A DNA stretch of 64,000 nucleotides. Origin: Curvularia clavata. Its lineage: Eukaryota. The DNA lies in assembly GCA_023920165.1 (NCBI GenBank), contig CP089275.1:3596001-3660000 (forward strand), read 5' to 3'. Under the pieces are notes generated by a model. That model did no database searches. It was given only the letters and a program-made list of their open reading frames with translations, and was not told the origin of the DNA. Positions 1 through 12,774 of this stretch are shown piece after piece. Each line of letters starts with the position of its first letter. Within the stretch, counting starts at the first letter, position 1. The position numbers and the translations under genes are program-made.

Positions 1-1
1 T

Positions 2-1816
2 CCGGAAAGCAACACTAGTGGCACTGAGGCTGCCTCGAAGGCGCTTCCTGTCTCGAACGTTTCGGAGAACTTCCCTATTGTCGGGCAGACACCACCGCAG
101 CCGCAGTATACACCCGAGCAGACGCCATCAACCTCTGAAGAACATCCCCCAGCGTTACCGCCGAGGAAGTCCCATGAGGAGAATCCGCCTGCTATGCCTC
201 CAAGACCCATCGACACCGGAGTAGGCTCTAATGTTCCTCCTGCGTTAGAGTCACCGAACACTGCGATGAACCGACAGAGAAAAGAACACTATCAGATAAA
301 GCATGTTCGCTGGCTCGACGACAGTATCAAGGAGATGCGTGTCTCACCTATTCTTACCCAAAATTTGAATGGACCCTGCCCATTACTTGCTCTTGTGAAT
401 GCGCTTGTCCTCTCTACTCCCGCAAACATCGAGACTGCATTAGTCGAAACTTTGCGCACACGCGAAACAGTCAGCCTAGGGTTGCTGCTGGATGCCGTAT
501 TCGAAGAGCTCATGTCTGGGAGACGAGGTGATGCAGCCCAGGAACTTCCGGATGTGAGCGAACTGTACAAGTTCCTTCTTGCATTGCATACTGGCCTCAA
601 TGTAAACCCCATGTTTGTCCCAGATCCAAATTCTGCGTCCAATCATGCTGCTCTTACGAATCGAGCTGGAGCGTTTGAGGACACACGCGACATGAAGCTA
701 TATCGGACATTTAATATTCCCCTGATGCACGGCTGGTTGCCAGAGGCTGATACGGATGCCTTTGCTGCCTTTAATCGCGTAGCTCCTTCTTACGAGGCAT
801 CGCAGTTGGTTCAATTTCAAGAAGAGGAACTCAACACAAAGCTGAATGCAGGCGACTCGTTGAATGACGAGGAGCAACAATTGTTTACGGACATTCATGC
901 CATTAAGGAATTTCTAATGCGATGGCCGACACAGCTTACTGATCATGGTCTTAAGGTTATCAAGGACAACCTCCAGCTTGGTCAAGTTGCCATTCTCTTC
1001 AGGAATGATCACTTCTCTACGCTATGCAAAAACCCACGCAATGGCCAGCTTGTGACTCTTGTTACCGATCAAGGCTATGCAACTCACGATGAGATTGTGT
1101 GGGAGTCGCTCATTGACGTTAACGGACAGGGAAGTCAGCTTTACTCAGGCGACTTCCGCTCGGTCGATAACAGCAGCTCAGCCATGGGAACCCAAGACCA
1201 GCAGCCCGGGAATCTCGTCGACATGGACGATACTCAAGGGTGGACCACGGTGCAAGGCCGCCGAGGAAATCAACAGCAGTCGGGTGTTGTAGGAACTAAT
1301 GCCCAGGATGAGACTACCTCACCGACTGGTCTCAGTAGGGCTGAGCAAGAAGACCATGATCTCGCACTAGCACTGCAATTGCAAGAGGAGGAAGAGGATC
1401 GCCAAAGGCGTGAGACTGAGCAGCGTGCACGGAATAACCAAGCCCCTCCATCTCGACCCGAACAAACTCCAGCCATACCCCCACGCCGGAACAACATCAC
1501 AGGGCATCGTCCTGCCGCCGAACCTGCTCCACCACCAACATATGAGGAAGCATCGTCGGCACCACGATACAACCCGCCGGCTGGCCATCCCGCCAACCCT
1601 TCGGCCCCAATGCCCCAGCACGGCAGCGCATACCAGGCTATGAATGGCGGCCCCCCGCTGCCTCCAGGCTCTGTCGTGGGGGGCCGTCGCCCCGGACGCC
1701 CAATGGCTTCTCCAAACATGATGCCTGGTCGACCTGGCAGAAGACAAAGCGCGGGCGCGAGCGGTACCCCTGGTCCCAACGGAAATGAGGAAAGAGATAA
1801 GTGCGTTGTTATGTAA
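2..1816 (+). CDS. MINDY-family (DUF544) K48 deubiquitinase, MIY1/MINDY1-like; 5' end lies outside the window
   Basis: The frame is open from nt 2 into the 194..1816 ORF. Catalytic motifs NGPCPLLA (Cys) and FRNDHFST (His), MIU-like EQEDHDLALALQLQEEE, and C-terminal CaaX CVVM. Confidence 0.9.
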   Translation, partial: PESNTSGTEAASKALPVSNVSENFPIVGQTPPQPQYTPEQTPSTSEEHPPALPPRKSHEENPPAMPPRPIDTGVGSNVPPALESPNTAMNRQRKEHYQIKHVRWLDDSIKEMRVSPILTQNLNGPCPLLALVNALVLSTPANIETALVETLRTRETVSLGLLLDAVFEELMSGRRGDAAQELPDVSELYKFLLALHTGLNVNPMFVPDPNSASNHAALTNRAGAFEDTRDMKLYRTFNIPLMHGWLPEADTDAFAAFNRVAPSYEASQLVQFQEEELNTKLNAGDSLNDEEQQLFTDIHAIKEFLMRWPTQLTDHGLKVIKDNLQLGQVAILFRNDHFSTLCKNPRNGQLVTLVTDQGYATHDEIVWESLIDVNGQGSQLYSGDFRSVDNSSSAMGTQDQQPGNLVDMDDTQGWTTVQGRRGNQQQSGVVGTNAQDETTSPTGLSRAEQEDHDLALALQLQEEEEDRQRRETEQRARNNQAPPSRPEQTPAIPPRRNNITGHRPAAEPAPPPTYEEASSAPRYNPPAGHPANPSAPMPQHGSAYQAMNGGPPLPPGSVVGGRRPGRPMASPNMMPGRPGRRQSAGASGTPGPNGNEERDKCVVM

Positions 1817-2331
1817 ACTGCGCAAAATCATCTTTTTGAAATTTTCCTGGTCATTTTCTGGAGATGCTGACATGTTTATGGGCGTGTTTAGCAATCTCTC
1901 AGGTGCATTTTGTGATTGGTGCAGCGTCAGTTAGTGAAGTGCTCAGTTGTTGGTAGACCTGGCGTTTCGGTTGGTGGGCTATTATTATACCCGGGTTCTT
2001 TGGTTTTTGCGATGTGTAATGCCGAGGAAAGAATCCATGTGCAAGATGGATCAAGATGAGAAAGAAATGACAAATGAAATGACCCGTATTTACGTATCAA
2101 TCCCTATTCATTGGAGCTTGCCTCCATCTCTGTAACTTGAAAGTAATCATCTCGTTCCCTTGTTCTACGAAAAAATCAAAATTCCTATCAAGTTCTTAAA
2201 TATACATAGAGGTTTTCTGGCTCCGTACTCAATTTAGAAACAAGACACCAGCCTCATTCTCAATCATGCAATCGCAGTCTCATCCCCCTTCCTAACCTTT
2301 CTCTTCCCCCCATACTACCCTTCCCTTGATC

Positions 2332-4506
2332 CTACAAAAACCGCCCCATCTGCCTCACCTTCTCCCTACTCTCCATCCTCTCCAACTCCCTAACCCACTC
2401 CTGCACATCCTCAGCCTCCCTCAGCCTTGGGACACAATGATCAAGACTAATCGAGCGATTTACCCGAAGACCCGCCTCTCTGTTTTCCAGCGCCGCTTGA
2501 CCCGGTACCAAGTCACTGTGTCGCTGAACCAAGCACGGCAGGCGTCTTGGTGGGGAGATTCGAAGTGGAAAACGAGGATGGTTGCCTTGACGTGGTGTGG
2601 TTACTTCATCTTCGCTATCTTGCTGCATCACGTACGGCGAACGGCGGTGCGACTCTAGCCGAAGCGCAGCACGAAGATTGTATCCATTTCGGAGGCGTCC
2701 CGTTACTTGTTCGCTGTCCTGCGGCACCAAATATGGGGGACGGCTAGGCGGCTCAAGTCGAGGAAAAGAACCAGACATGGTGTCAAGACGAGGCGTGGTT
2801 GCTTCTTCACCTCTATCGCCATCGTAGTCGTCAAGGAAACGCCGTAACATAACGTCTTCCATGCCTCCAAGTAACCCCACTGTCCCACACAGCTGAGAGG
2901 GCGTACTATCACCAGTCGTCCTCTTCCGTCTTCTACTTCCGCTTCCGCCTGGAGACAGAGACGGCGTACTACTAGCCGCTGGGGAATGCAATGCACCTTC
3001 CAAAATCATCCCAGCCCGCTTGCGCTCCATGTTCTTCAGCTCGTCGGCCCAACTATCTAAATCAGCCATACTGGGGCCCTGGTGGCGGTAGAAGCGCTCT
3101 TCGGGGCTGAGTTCGGTGGGGGAGACGGCGTTGCTGGAAGAAGTGTTGATAGAGAGGGTTCTACGGTGCGGGAATGGTCTACGTGCTGGCGAAGGCGAAG
3201 CAGTGAGGGACAAGGAGGAAACCGCGCGTTTGAGAGGGCTGCTACTGTGGCGGGCGCGAGGTTGCTTGCCGGGTACTTTGGCCCCGGTATGGCTGGGGGA
3301 TGATATGGCGCTTCCTACGCTTGCTTCGCTGAGTGTACTTTCACTGCGTATATTGCGCAAGAAATTCTCATAGCTGTAGCCTTCGTCGCTATCTGCGCTA
3401 TCGGCGTCCGCTCGGCTGTCAGCGATGTGCTCCAGGTCACTTAATATCTTGACGGCCCACGCACATTGCACTGCCGTATCACGCATGCTCAGATCCTGGT
3501 CCTTGCGCAAACTGCGGTTCAGACGCAAGAGGTCGCGTTGTGCTTCGAGAATCGTTGTCATTTCGCCGGTGTTCTCGTCAATCAGCAGCCAGGAGTCAAT
3601 ATCTGAAAGTTTCTCGGCGGCGGGGATGCTATATTGAAGCAGATAGCTTGCTTCAGTGTCCGCGAACTGCTCAATTTTAACAGGTAGATTGGGGTCGGGG
3701 ATTTGAGTGAGATCGAGCTCGAGCTCGAGAGATTCCAAGGTCATTTCGGCGGCGACAATTTCGTCCTTGGGCTTGACCATCGAGGGATGGATGACATCTT
3801 GGCCGCCGGAGGAGGAGCGACGCAGGCCGAGTCGGTTGGCGCAAGCTCGAAGAGCTATCTGCTTGATTTCTTTCCGGACTTTGTCGTATGCGGCTTTGGC
3901 TTCAGTATCCTGAGGCGGTTCTGGTGTCCAGGGCTCGGCTGGTATAGCGGTGATTGGCGTAGGTGAAATAGAAGATGCGCTCACAGGTGTCTTGGGCGAG
4001 AGAGAAGCCCAGACGCCACCTTCAGCAAAGGCGTTCTTGATACTGGAAGTAGCTGATAGCGGAGTTGCAGGGCCAGAGTTCACAATGTCCCATCGTGGCC
4101 GTGTTGTCGTGGGTGTTGAGCTAGAGATACGCCGGAGGCGTGGCGGGCACAATGGATGCGCGTTCGTGGGCGAAGTGAGTGACGAAGAGCTGCGAATCAG
4201 TCGCCTGCGATCTATTATGGCCGTTGCTGGATCGATAGGCTGTTGCGTCGCATGCCATCCAAACATGATAACGTTGTCTTCTTTGGCGGCCCGCTCGATA
4301 CGGCATACAACCTGCTTCCACTGGGGTTCTGAAAAGCGCACCCTACACCAGTATGCAGCATGCTCCCAAAACCTTGTGTGCTGCTCTTTGGACAGGCTTT
4401 TCAACCCCCATTTTTCGTGTTTCTTCATGGGCTTGCCTGAGAGTGGTGATAATTCTTGCTCTGTGTCGTCATTCACCACGCTTGCGGACAGGGCTTGGCA
4501 AGCCAT
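2332..4506 (-). CDS. Hypothetical 724-aa Ser/Pro/Arg-rich protein with degenerate internal repeats
   Basis: Long uninterrupted ORF, ATG in CAAGATGG context. No family recognised. Confidence 0.7.
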   Translation of the reverse strand: MACQALSASVVNDDTEQELSPLSGKPMKKHEKWGLKSLSKEQHTRFWEHAAYWCRVRFSEPQWKQVVCRIERAAKEDNVIMFGWHATQQPIDPATAIIDRRRLIRSSSSLTSPTNAHPLCPPRLRRISSSTPTTTRPRWDIVNSGPATPLSATSSIKNAFAEGGVWASLSPKTPVSASSISPTPITAIPAEPWTPEPPQDTEAKAAYDKVRKEIKQIALRACANRLGLRRSSSGGQDVIHPSMVKPKDEIVAAEMTLESLELELDLTQIPDPNLPVKIEQFADTEASYLLQYSIPAAEKLSDIDSWLLIDENTGEMTTILEAQRDLLRLNRSLRKDQDLSMRDTAVQCAWAVKILSDLEHIADSRADADSADSDEGYSYENFLRNIRSESTLSEASVGSAISSPSHTGAKVPGKQPRARHSSSPLKRAVSSLSLTASPSPARRPFPHRRTLSINTSSSNAVSPTELSPEERFYRHQGPSMADLDSWADELKNMERKRAGMILEGALHSPAASSTPSLSPGGSGSRRRKRTTGDSTPSQLCGTVGLLGGMEDVMLRRFLDDYDGDRGEEATTPRLDTMSGSFPRLEPPSRPPYLVPQDSEQVTGRLRNGYNLRAALRLESHRRSPYVMQQDSEDEVTTPRQGNHPRFPLRISPPRRLPCLVQRHSDLVPGQAALENREAGLRVNRSISLDHCVPRLREAEDVQEWVRELERMESREKVRQMGRFL

Positions 4507-4860
4507 CTTGACGGTACTGAGAGTATTTGAAGTTGTCTAGATGATATCTGGTATCACTAGCTGCTGTCAGTGTTTTGATGAGCGATCGCGCTAGTAGTAC
4601 CTGTGTGGCTGCCAAGACTAGAGGTGAAAGGGAAAGCTAATAAATGAGCGTTAGATGGATGGCGAATTGACAGTGTGTAGCTATTGTGCGTTTGCGCGTC
4701 ACATTAGGCTTGGACCCTGTGCAAAATCACGAACATGCAACTCAAGACGAAGAGAGACAGTGAGAGAATGTCGCATGCGAGTAAGACAGACAACACGACT
4801 ATGAAATTAAATGGAAAGCATCGTCCGAGTGGTATCTAACTCCACTAATGCAAATAAGAC

Positions 4861-6552
4861 TTATTCTAAGAATGTAAAGAGATTCGTATGCACGACGTTA
4901 AGAGCGCGATCGGCTTCACGCTCCTCAATAACACAAGAGATGTTAATCTCGCTGGCGCCTTCATTAAATTAGCGAATAAGTCCCTCAACACAACACATCA
5001 AATACTGCTTACCTTGTGAGATCATTTCAATGTTAATGTTATTCTGCCCCAAGACGCTGAAGAACTTGCCGGAGATACCAATCATGTTCTTCAACTGCTT
5101 ACCGACCAAGCTCACAATAGCCATATCGGGTACAATATCGATTGTGCCGAGGGAGCCAAGATCATTGACGGCACCCTGGAGGTCCTTGGACTGGATCTTA
5201 TAGTCGTCTTCGCCGCCACCGCTAAGAAGAGCCGACTCGGAGTGCAAGGCCATGGAGACGTGGACCTCAGATGACGAGATGAGATCGACCGAGAGGCGCC
5301 AGTTGTCGAGAATGTTGAAGATGTTCATCAAGAAGCCATGGGCTCGAGTGCGCTTGTTGCTATGCACGTTAAGCACAACAATGTTGTGCTTGATGGTCAC
5401 TGCAGTCGGTCGCTTTGGACCCTCGAGCTGATTGAGCAGACTCGAAGAACGAGTACGGAAGAGGCCAGCTTCCTTAAGAGGCGCATGGTTGTCAATATCC
5501 CTCAAGTTGTCCGGGAAGATGACGGTTCCGGCATTCCGCGGGTTCATAACGTTCTTGATGCGAATGGGGATGCGGGCGCGGATGACCTGCTCCATAGTGA
5601 AGGGATGAATGACCTCGGATCCATAGAAGGTCAATTCGGCAGCCTCTGCCGGAGTGACGGTAGGGAGCAGTGCAGCCGTGGGGACCTTGCGCGGGTCCGC
5701 CGTGAAAATGCCATCCACCTCCTTCCACACTTGAAGTTCCTTGGCCTTTATACCGACGGCCACCAAAGCAGCGCATAGATCGGTGTACCCGCGCCCAATC
5801 GAGGTCAAAAGGCCGCCAGGCACGTTTCCAAAGAAGCCGGTAATGACGGGAACTTTGTCTCCACATTCTTCGACCTGTTTGGCGAAGTCGGCAGCCAAGT
5901 CCTTGTAGAATTTTTCCTGCAGTCCGCCTTTTACGGGCGCGTTGGGTTTGATGATGTCGCTGAGATCGACAAATTGGGCAGGTGTACCGCGGTCGTTCAA
6001 TATAGCAGCCATGTAGCGACAGCTCAATTTCTCGCCCTTGCTGATGATCTTGTCCTCGGTATGGTTGGTAACCTCTTCCAAGTGTTGGGCCGACTCCAAG
6101 ATTTTGATCAGACTCTCGCATTCGGCGTTGACCTCTTCGGTGTAAGAAGCCAGAATGTCCGGGTTCTTAAGGATATCCTTGCCGGCCTGGATGTGGTCGG
6201 TACGAATGGCTTCGACGATTTCGTCATAGGCGCGGTGGTTAGGTCTCTCAGCAGCTCGGGCGGCGCGAAGGAGACGGTTAGTCGTCCCCTCGAGCTTGGT
6301 GTTGCTGCTGCGCGCAGAGCAGACTATAGCGGCACGGTTCGACTCATTGCCAGCTCTGCAAACATTAGTACTTTGCGCCCATTGTCTACGAGCTGGATTG
6401 GATTCGTACTTGACAATGTCCGCTATATTTTCCGGAAACTTGCCGACGCTTGTACCGCCGAACTTCAGGACAACCCATCCTCCGGGAAGATGCTTCTCTT
6501 CCGTGTGAGCTATCCGCTCCGACTCGGTGTGGCCGTTTGTGTATGCTGACAT
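4861..6552 (-). CDS. HOM3: Aspartate kinase (exons 6552-6410, 6355-5013, 4958-4861)
   Basis: VLKFGGTSVG, GRGYTDL, DGIFTADPRKV and C-terminal ACT domains. In-frame 54-nt intron 6409-6356 and intron 5012-4959; last exon GASEINISCVI...FTFLE*. Confidence 0.96.
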
Positions 6553-6740
6553 ATTGAAGAAGGGTGTTAAAGTGTTGAACTCTGGTCAATTGGCTGCGCA
6601 GAATTTATTTGTGGGAGTTTAGATGGCAAAAATGCTATCGAGTGAGGTTTGCTAGCAGGTGGATGACGTGTGGTGGGCGAAATATGGGGTTGTGAAGGTT
6701 GAGCGAATTCTTGGGCGGTTTTAGCGGGGAGAAAGGCGCC

Positions 6741-6747
6741 TGAGTCA
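6741..6747. promoter_or_regulatory. Gcn4/CpcA recognition element TGAGTCA upstream of HOM3
   Basis: Perfect TGA(C/G)TCA about 190 bp upstream of the aspartate kinase ATG. HOM3 is a classic general-amino-acid-control target. Confidence 0.7.
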
Positions 6748-8787
6748 AAAGTTCGCGCCCGCAATCGGCTGCAGGCGTGGTGCTCCTATGGCGCGCAGGT
6801 CGCCGCACTGCATGTGCATGCCACCCACGCCGCGGCCGTACCGGCAAAAGAAAGAAACCGGCCGGCATGGCTCGGTGCCTGCATGGCCAGTAGATGGCCT
6901 AAGCCCAGAAAGACTTTTATCTTGCCTATGCAGCTCTAGTGTAGTGAGCTTCAATCGACGACTAATCGGAACAACTAATAATCGGCTCGAGATACAGCTA
7001 AATAAGCGTGCGTCGTACATAGATGAAAGCCGAAATTAGTCAGAGTAATACACAGGAATACGTACTGAGCTATTAAGCATCATTTCCCCGTGTGTAAACG
7101 GATACCTACAAGCCTCGGCAGTTCGCAATGGCGAGAATGGAATCACGTGCTCTAAGATATATGCATGTTTTCGACACCACGACCCAATGTCAGCTCATGT
7201 TTCCTGTTTCACTGAAGACCAACACCAGATCTTTCAGACAACTGTGGTCATGGTCACACAGAATCATCTTATCTGAGATGACCCGCCCTCGTTACGAAGA
7301 CATGCATGTGTGCTATTGATTGCAACACCAACATCTCGGTGTCTACATATCACTGGACAGGTCATAGCCCTGTGTCCCCGTTAATGATGCTGCATCATTC
7401 GTACTCTACCCTTGGTGCAAGCGTGGCTCCATTCAAAGAGACCCGACGGCCTCGACTTGATTATTTCTGCGCCTAGAAAATCCCAGGCGCGTCATATTAA
7501 GCCATGGCAGGAGTGAGCAGCTGATCCCATCTGCACCAACCAGGAGGCTTTGAATGAATCAGTAAGTCGGCGTGTGCGAAAAGGCTTCCTTTTCCACGAC
7601 AGGAACGAACTCATCACCAAAAGCAACACAGCTACTCTAAACACACCTTCCACCATCACAACGCACGTATTTACTACTCCGTCTTTTCCTGAGTTGGACA
7701 ATATCCACGTCTCCACTCAAAACATTGCTGGCATGAAATCACTCAAATTGTATCGTTAATCTTCTAGCATTCGAACTTAGATTCTGTTCATGCACGGTTA
7801 CTTGCTGGAAGACTGCCCATCGACTTCACGCCGAAGGCAATCAAAAAATACAACCTCTGGCAATAGAGTTCATAGGCAGAAGTATCCCGGTTCCAGCGAC
7901 GCCAACTGATTCATCCAAGCATGTAAGGACAAGGAATGCGGCGAAACCAGGTCTCAGCACCAGGCCCCAAGCTGGCATAAGTCAGAGCTGTGATTGGCGC
8001 AATGCTATGTGGATTACCAGCTTGTTGCTCTAGGGAATACTACAGGAAAAGGCCAGATTGGACCGGGCTGCAGCTTTGCAAACAGGGGATCAGAACTGGT
8101 AACGACTGTTGCAGGGTAGGCATCGACATAACGCACGTACATGGGAAATATTGGTAGGGATACACTAGCATCTGCGCTTTTCCGTCGAGGGGAGAGACAT
8201 AGTCTAGTCAACCAATACCTCGAACACAGATCTCAGATACAGTGGATCATTTGAGAGTCTTTTTGCAAGAATAGCCTAAAAACTGCTAACTAGCAAATGG
8301 TCAAAAGCAAAAGCTAACCAGACGCAAATGCTAGAATTCTCATATACTGACCGCCCACTTTGCCACCCCCTACCTCCCCACTGGGTCTAAATGCCTTGTT
8401 ATTAGTCCTGAAACATTATTGGTCATTCCATGCGCTCATCCCGCTTGCCGCAGCACATGACTCTTGATTGGTCAATTCGCAACTTAGTAGAATACATACA
8501 ACCAAGACATAACTCACAAACATTCAAGACAACCAAAACCGCTGTTGTTGGCTGTCTACAACGTCTTAATTGTGCCGAACGGCCTATTCCATTTAATCGT
8601 TGACGTCACCAAGCGCTTCGCTAAGCCGTATTAGGCGCACTACGAAACCCGTTTCACGTTGCACCACATTGCAGCTATGGACCGACAGCTTCACGTGTCC
8701 GAGCCATATAACCTTTGTTTTTCTCTCTTGTATCGATAGGTATCCTCAATTGCGTCCAAGCGATCATAGCCCTCAGCCAATCTCACC

Positions 8788-10012
8788 ATGAACTATATAT
8801 CAAGTACACAAGCAGCCGCCTGAAGCGCATGCACATGCCCCGCTGACTTGTTACCAGATCTCGTCAACTCGGACGCAGTCATTAATCCCCTCATTGACAA
8901 TGGCTATCTCCCCCACGCGGTCATCCGCGCAGGAATCCGCCGCCAGCTGGCCGATCGCCTACAGTCAATAGCTACGACCTCGCTGGAAGAGGCGTACAAG
9001 ACCAAGATGAACTATGTTAAGCTTCTGCGGGAGCGGCCGATTGCAATTGAGACTGCAGCGGCGAATGAGCAGCACTATGAAGTCGGCACGAACGTTTTGA
9101 AGGGCATGTTGGGCCCCCGCATGAAGTACTCGTCTTGCTTGTATGAAAAGGGCGGGGAGACGCTGGCGCAGGCGGAGATCGCTATGATGCGATTGTATGT
9201 TGAGAGGGCCGAATTGAAGGATGGAATGAGTATCTTGGATCTGGGGTAAGTTGTCAAATCTCCTTTTCACGCTCTTGATGCGTTTGCACGATGAGATCAC
9301 GTGAATCCTAAAGCCAATCAAGCAATCATGGAATATAAGATAGCTAACAAGGACTAGCTGTGGATGGGGCTCAGCATCGCTCTTCATGGCGGAAATCTTT
9401 CCCAACTCCAAAATCACCGGCTTCTCCAACTCGAGGACGCAAAAGCAGCACATTGACAGCGTTGCCGAGTCAAAAGGGCTGAAGAACTTAACCATCATCA
9501 CCGGCGACGTGGTAGACTACGAGTTCCAGTCTGAAGCATACGATCGCGTCATTTCTATTGAGCTCTTTGAGCACATGAAGAACTACCAACTTCTGTTGCG
9601 CAAAGTCAGTTCTGCGCTGAAGCCCGGTGGTAAGCTCTTCGTCCACATCTTCGCGCACTGCACTACGCCGTATGATTTCGAAGAGGGATGGATGACGGAG
9701 CACTTCTTCACCGGTGGCACGATGCCTTCTGCAGACTTGCTGCTGTATTTCCAAGACGACCTGAGACTAAAGAATCAGTGGTGGGTGTCTGGCATGCATT
9801 ACTCTAAGACTTGTGAAGACTGGCTGGTGACCATGTTGAAAAACAAAAAGAGTATCTGGGAAGGACTGGTTGAGACGTATGGAGCAGACGGCGCGTTGAC
9901 GTGGTGGAATAGGTGGCAAGTCTTCTATCTGGCTTGTTCTGAGCTGTTCAGGTGGGATGGCGGTGATACGTGGGGCGTCAGCCATTACCTTTTTGAGAAG
10001 CCTGCCGCTTAG
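8788..10012 (+). CDS. SAM-dependent methyltransferase, cyclopropane-fatty-acid synthase / coclaurine N-methyltransferase-like family (2 introns)
   Basis: ANEQHYEV, LGPRMKYSSC, spliced ILDLG|CGWG SAM motif, ELFEHMKNY, FFTGGTMPS. Spliced N-terminus reads MNYISNLVNSD. Confidence 0.9.
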
Positions 10013-10335
10013 GTTGCCGACGGCTTGAAGTGTACATAGTTAAAAGGGAAGAGCAAACTATCCAATACGGAATGTATGTCCTTTTGTCTAACAATCGGAC
10101 ATCAATTTTTCGAAAATCATGCAAGGTCAACCAAATTGCACAAAGATGAGATAGCATCTGAAGTGATTGCTCTAGTTGTTGTGTTGATCCGAAGTTCTTG
10201 GCATTGGCTGCATGCAATATTGTAGCGGTCAGCCCTGCTGTCTATCTCCAGTACCCCAGCGCACATGCAATTGACCATGACCTTTGTCATTTCCGCTACG
10301 CCCTTTCCATTGTCTACGCCTACGATGCTAGTTGT

Positions 10336-10580
10336 TCAGTGATCCCATGGGTGCTTCCAGCCCAGAAGGGCGGGGCCGTCCTGCTTCGCGCGGTACATCA
10401 ACTGTCCCTGTCAGCATTTACCTTCCTCGAGAGGAATCCCCAACGTACAAAGAACCACATTGACGCGCCGAGGCCAGTCGCCATAAATCGATATAGCGGT
10501 CGGGCTGGGTGGATGTGAACGGGGTGGTTCGGGTGAGGCGCATATTTGGGCGGACCCATGCGGGAGCGTGTGGGTTGCAT
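10336..10580 (-). CDS. NDUFB2: NADH:ubiquinone oxidoreductase subunit NDUFB2 (AGGG)-like small protein, 1 intron
   Basis: Spliced product ...HIHPARPLYRFMATGLGASMWFF|LMYRAKQDGPALLGWKHPWDH* matches the family C-terminus. The start could be the second ATG (MGPPK). Confidence 0.85.
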
Positions 10581-11016
10581 TGTGAGAGGTGAGCCTGGAG
10601 ATGTCTCAGTACGGGTGCCAGCTCGTGATGGTGTCGAACGGTGCCTACCAGCGGTATCCGGGGTGCAATGGCTCTGCGACGCTTTTGGTGGGTGAGGTGT
10701 GATTAAGGTCGATCGCGGATTACGCTAACAAGTCGGCGCCAAGATCGTGCCATCAACTGTCAATCGCGACTTCTGCTCCTTCACTCACGACAATCCCGAC
10801 CGCCACCGTCATCCTCCCACACCAGCTTTTGCCTCGAGCCACCGGCCCCGTGCAAGCGCCCACCATCGCGACCACATTTTCTCCGTTGCATCAATCCAAC
10901 ACGACAGCCTGCCCTGACCCTTCTAACTCACGCTTGCGTCGCGGCCCACTTAGCCCGGACTGGGAAACGTACCTCCGGACCCTCGAGCACCAAGTATCGC
11001 CCACACAACGGTCGGG

Positions 11017-12774
11017 ATGGCGACTCCGGCGGGTGCTCCGCCGTCGCGCACCCTTAACCGTCAGTTCAAAGGGTGCTGCAAGATTGGCGAGTACGAAATG
11101 ATGCAGAAGCTGGGAGAAGGCACTTTTGGTGAAGTTCACAAGGCGCGTCAACGATCGACCGGCCACGTCTTTGCGCTTAAGAAGATATTGATGCACAACG
11201 AAAAAGATGGCTTTCCGATTACAGCGCTACGAGAAATCAAGCTGCTCAAGATGCTATCGCACGACAACGTGCTGAAACTAGAAGAAATGGCAGTAGAACG
11301 GCCCAAGACGGAGGGCAGGAAACGGGCGATACTGTACATGGTTACGCCATACATGGACCACGACCTCTCAGGCCTCCTCGACAACCCCGAGGTGCAATTC
11401 AAACCACCACAAATCAAGTGTTACATGCTCCAGTTGTTCAAGGGTCTGGCATATCTGCATGACAATCACATCCTACACCGAGACATGAAAGCCGCCAACC
11501 TCCTCATCAATAACCGCGGACGATTACAGATAGCCGATTTTGGTCTCGCCAGACACTACGACGAACCGGTACCACGACGAGGCAAGGGCAACGGTGAGGC
11601 GAAACGTGAATACACTTCATTGGTTGTCACTAGGTGGTACCGACCGCCAGAGTTGCTCCTGCAGCTCCGCAGATACACACCGGCCATCGACATGTGGGGC
11701 GCAGGCTGTGTGTTTGGTGAGATGTTCAAGCGCAAGCCCATCCTCACTGGTCAGAGCGACATACACCAGGCGCAAATCATTTTCGAGTTGGTCGGGTCGC
11801 CGAACGATGCAAGCATGCCAGGCTGGAACGAACTGCCGGGAGCAGAGCCAGTCCGCTCATTCCCACAAAGCACAGGCAACATTGCGCAAAGATTCCGAGA
11901 ACTTTCGCCCCTAGGGCTTTCGCTCATCAAAGATCTCATGAAACTGGACTGGCGGAAACGTATCAACGCCCTTGATGCTATCGACCATCCATATTTCAGA
12001 GAGGAGCCATTACCCATGCGGGAAGAAGATATCCCTCACTTTGCCGACTCGCACGAGCTAGATCGACGCAACGCACGAGGACAGAGACAAGCGCTTCCTC
12101 CAGCACCACAAGGCGGTACCGTCGGCGGAGGTCCAAACGGAGAATGGACAGGTCAGGGACCACCAACACAGTCGTGGCAGAATGGCGATCGAAGATACGG
12201 TGGTCCGCAGGACCGAGGGCCACCTGGTGTCGAACGCGGTATGAGAGGTGGCTATGACCGGCGTGGATATGAACACCGACCTCCACCACCTCCGCCGGGC
12301 GAGCGACGACCGCAATGGGGTGGCGGTGATCGCGGCCACAACGGTCTGCCCGCTCCACCTTCGGACGGTCGACACCCTCTTCCACCCGTCCCCCGCTACG
12401 GCCCCGATGGCGCAGACCGTCGCCGGGGCCCTGTCCCACCAGGTGATACATATATACCCAGCTATGGCGGTGACGGACCCCGTCGCTCACGCGAGCCAGA
12501 CGACCGCCCTCGTCGTAACTCCCGTGACTCTGCCAATTCGCGCGAAGGATACCCAGACGACCGATCTGATCGCAACCGCGCTTACCGCGATCGGGAGCGC
12601 GACCACCGAGGCGGCAACCGGGGCAACTTTGCCCAGGACAGGCGTGATGGCCGAACGCGCTCGAGGAGCCCGGAACGCAGAGACACTAGTAGCATGAATA
12701 GCAGTGCTAATAACAGAGGAAGGGATGGCGCGGGCAGGGACAGAGACGTGTCTGATATATACAGGAGACGGTGA
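11017..12774 (+). CDS. BUR1: CDK9-like Ser/Thr kinase Bur1/Sgv1 with RG/RD-rich C-terminal tail
   Basis: [15 protein letters not shown] cyclin-binding helix, [28 protein letters not shown]. Confidence 0.95.
   Translation: MATPAGAPPSRTLNRQFKGCCKIGEYEMMQKLGEGTFGEVHKARQRSTGHVFALKKILMHNEKDGFPITALREIKLLKMLSHDNVLKLEEMAVERPKTEGRKRAILYMVTPYMDHDLSGLLDNPEVQFKPPQIKCYMLQLFKGLAYLHDNHILHRDMKAANLLINNRGRLQIADFGLARHYDEPVPRRGKGNGEAKREYTSLVVTRWYRPPELLLQLRRYTPAIDMWGAGCVFGEMFKRKPILTGQSDIHQAQIIFELVGSPNDASMPGWNELPGAEPVRSFPQSTGNIAQRFRELSPLGLSLIKDLMKLDWRKRINALDAIDHPYFREEPLPMREEDIPHFADSHELDRRNARGQRQALPPAPQGGTVGGGPNGEWTGQGPPTQSWQNGDRRYGGPQDRGPPGVERGMRGGYDRRGYEHRPPPPPPGERRPQWGGGDRGHNGLPAPPSDGRHPLPPVPRYGPDGADRRRGPVPPGDTYIPSYGGDGPRRSREPDDRPRRNSRDSANSREGYPDDRSDRNRAYRDRERDHRGGNRGNFAQDRRDGRTRSRSPERRDTSSMNSSANNRGRDGAGRDRDVSDIYRRR

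Noticed and set aside
7490..8220. Short ORFs between HOM3 and the methyltransferase
   Set aside because: No recognisable motifs or coherent exon chain; a very decayed gene cannot be excluded.
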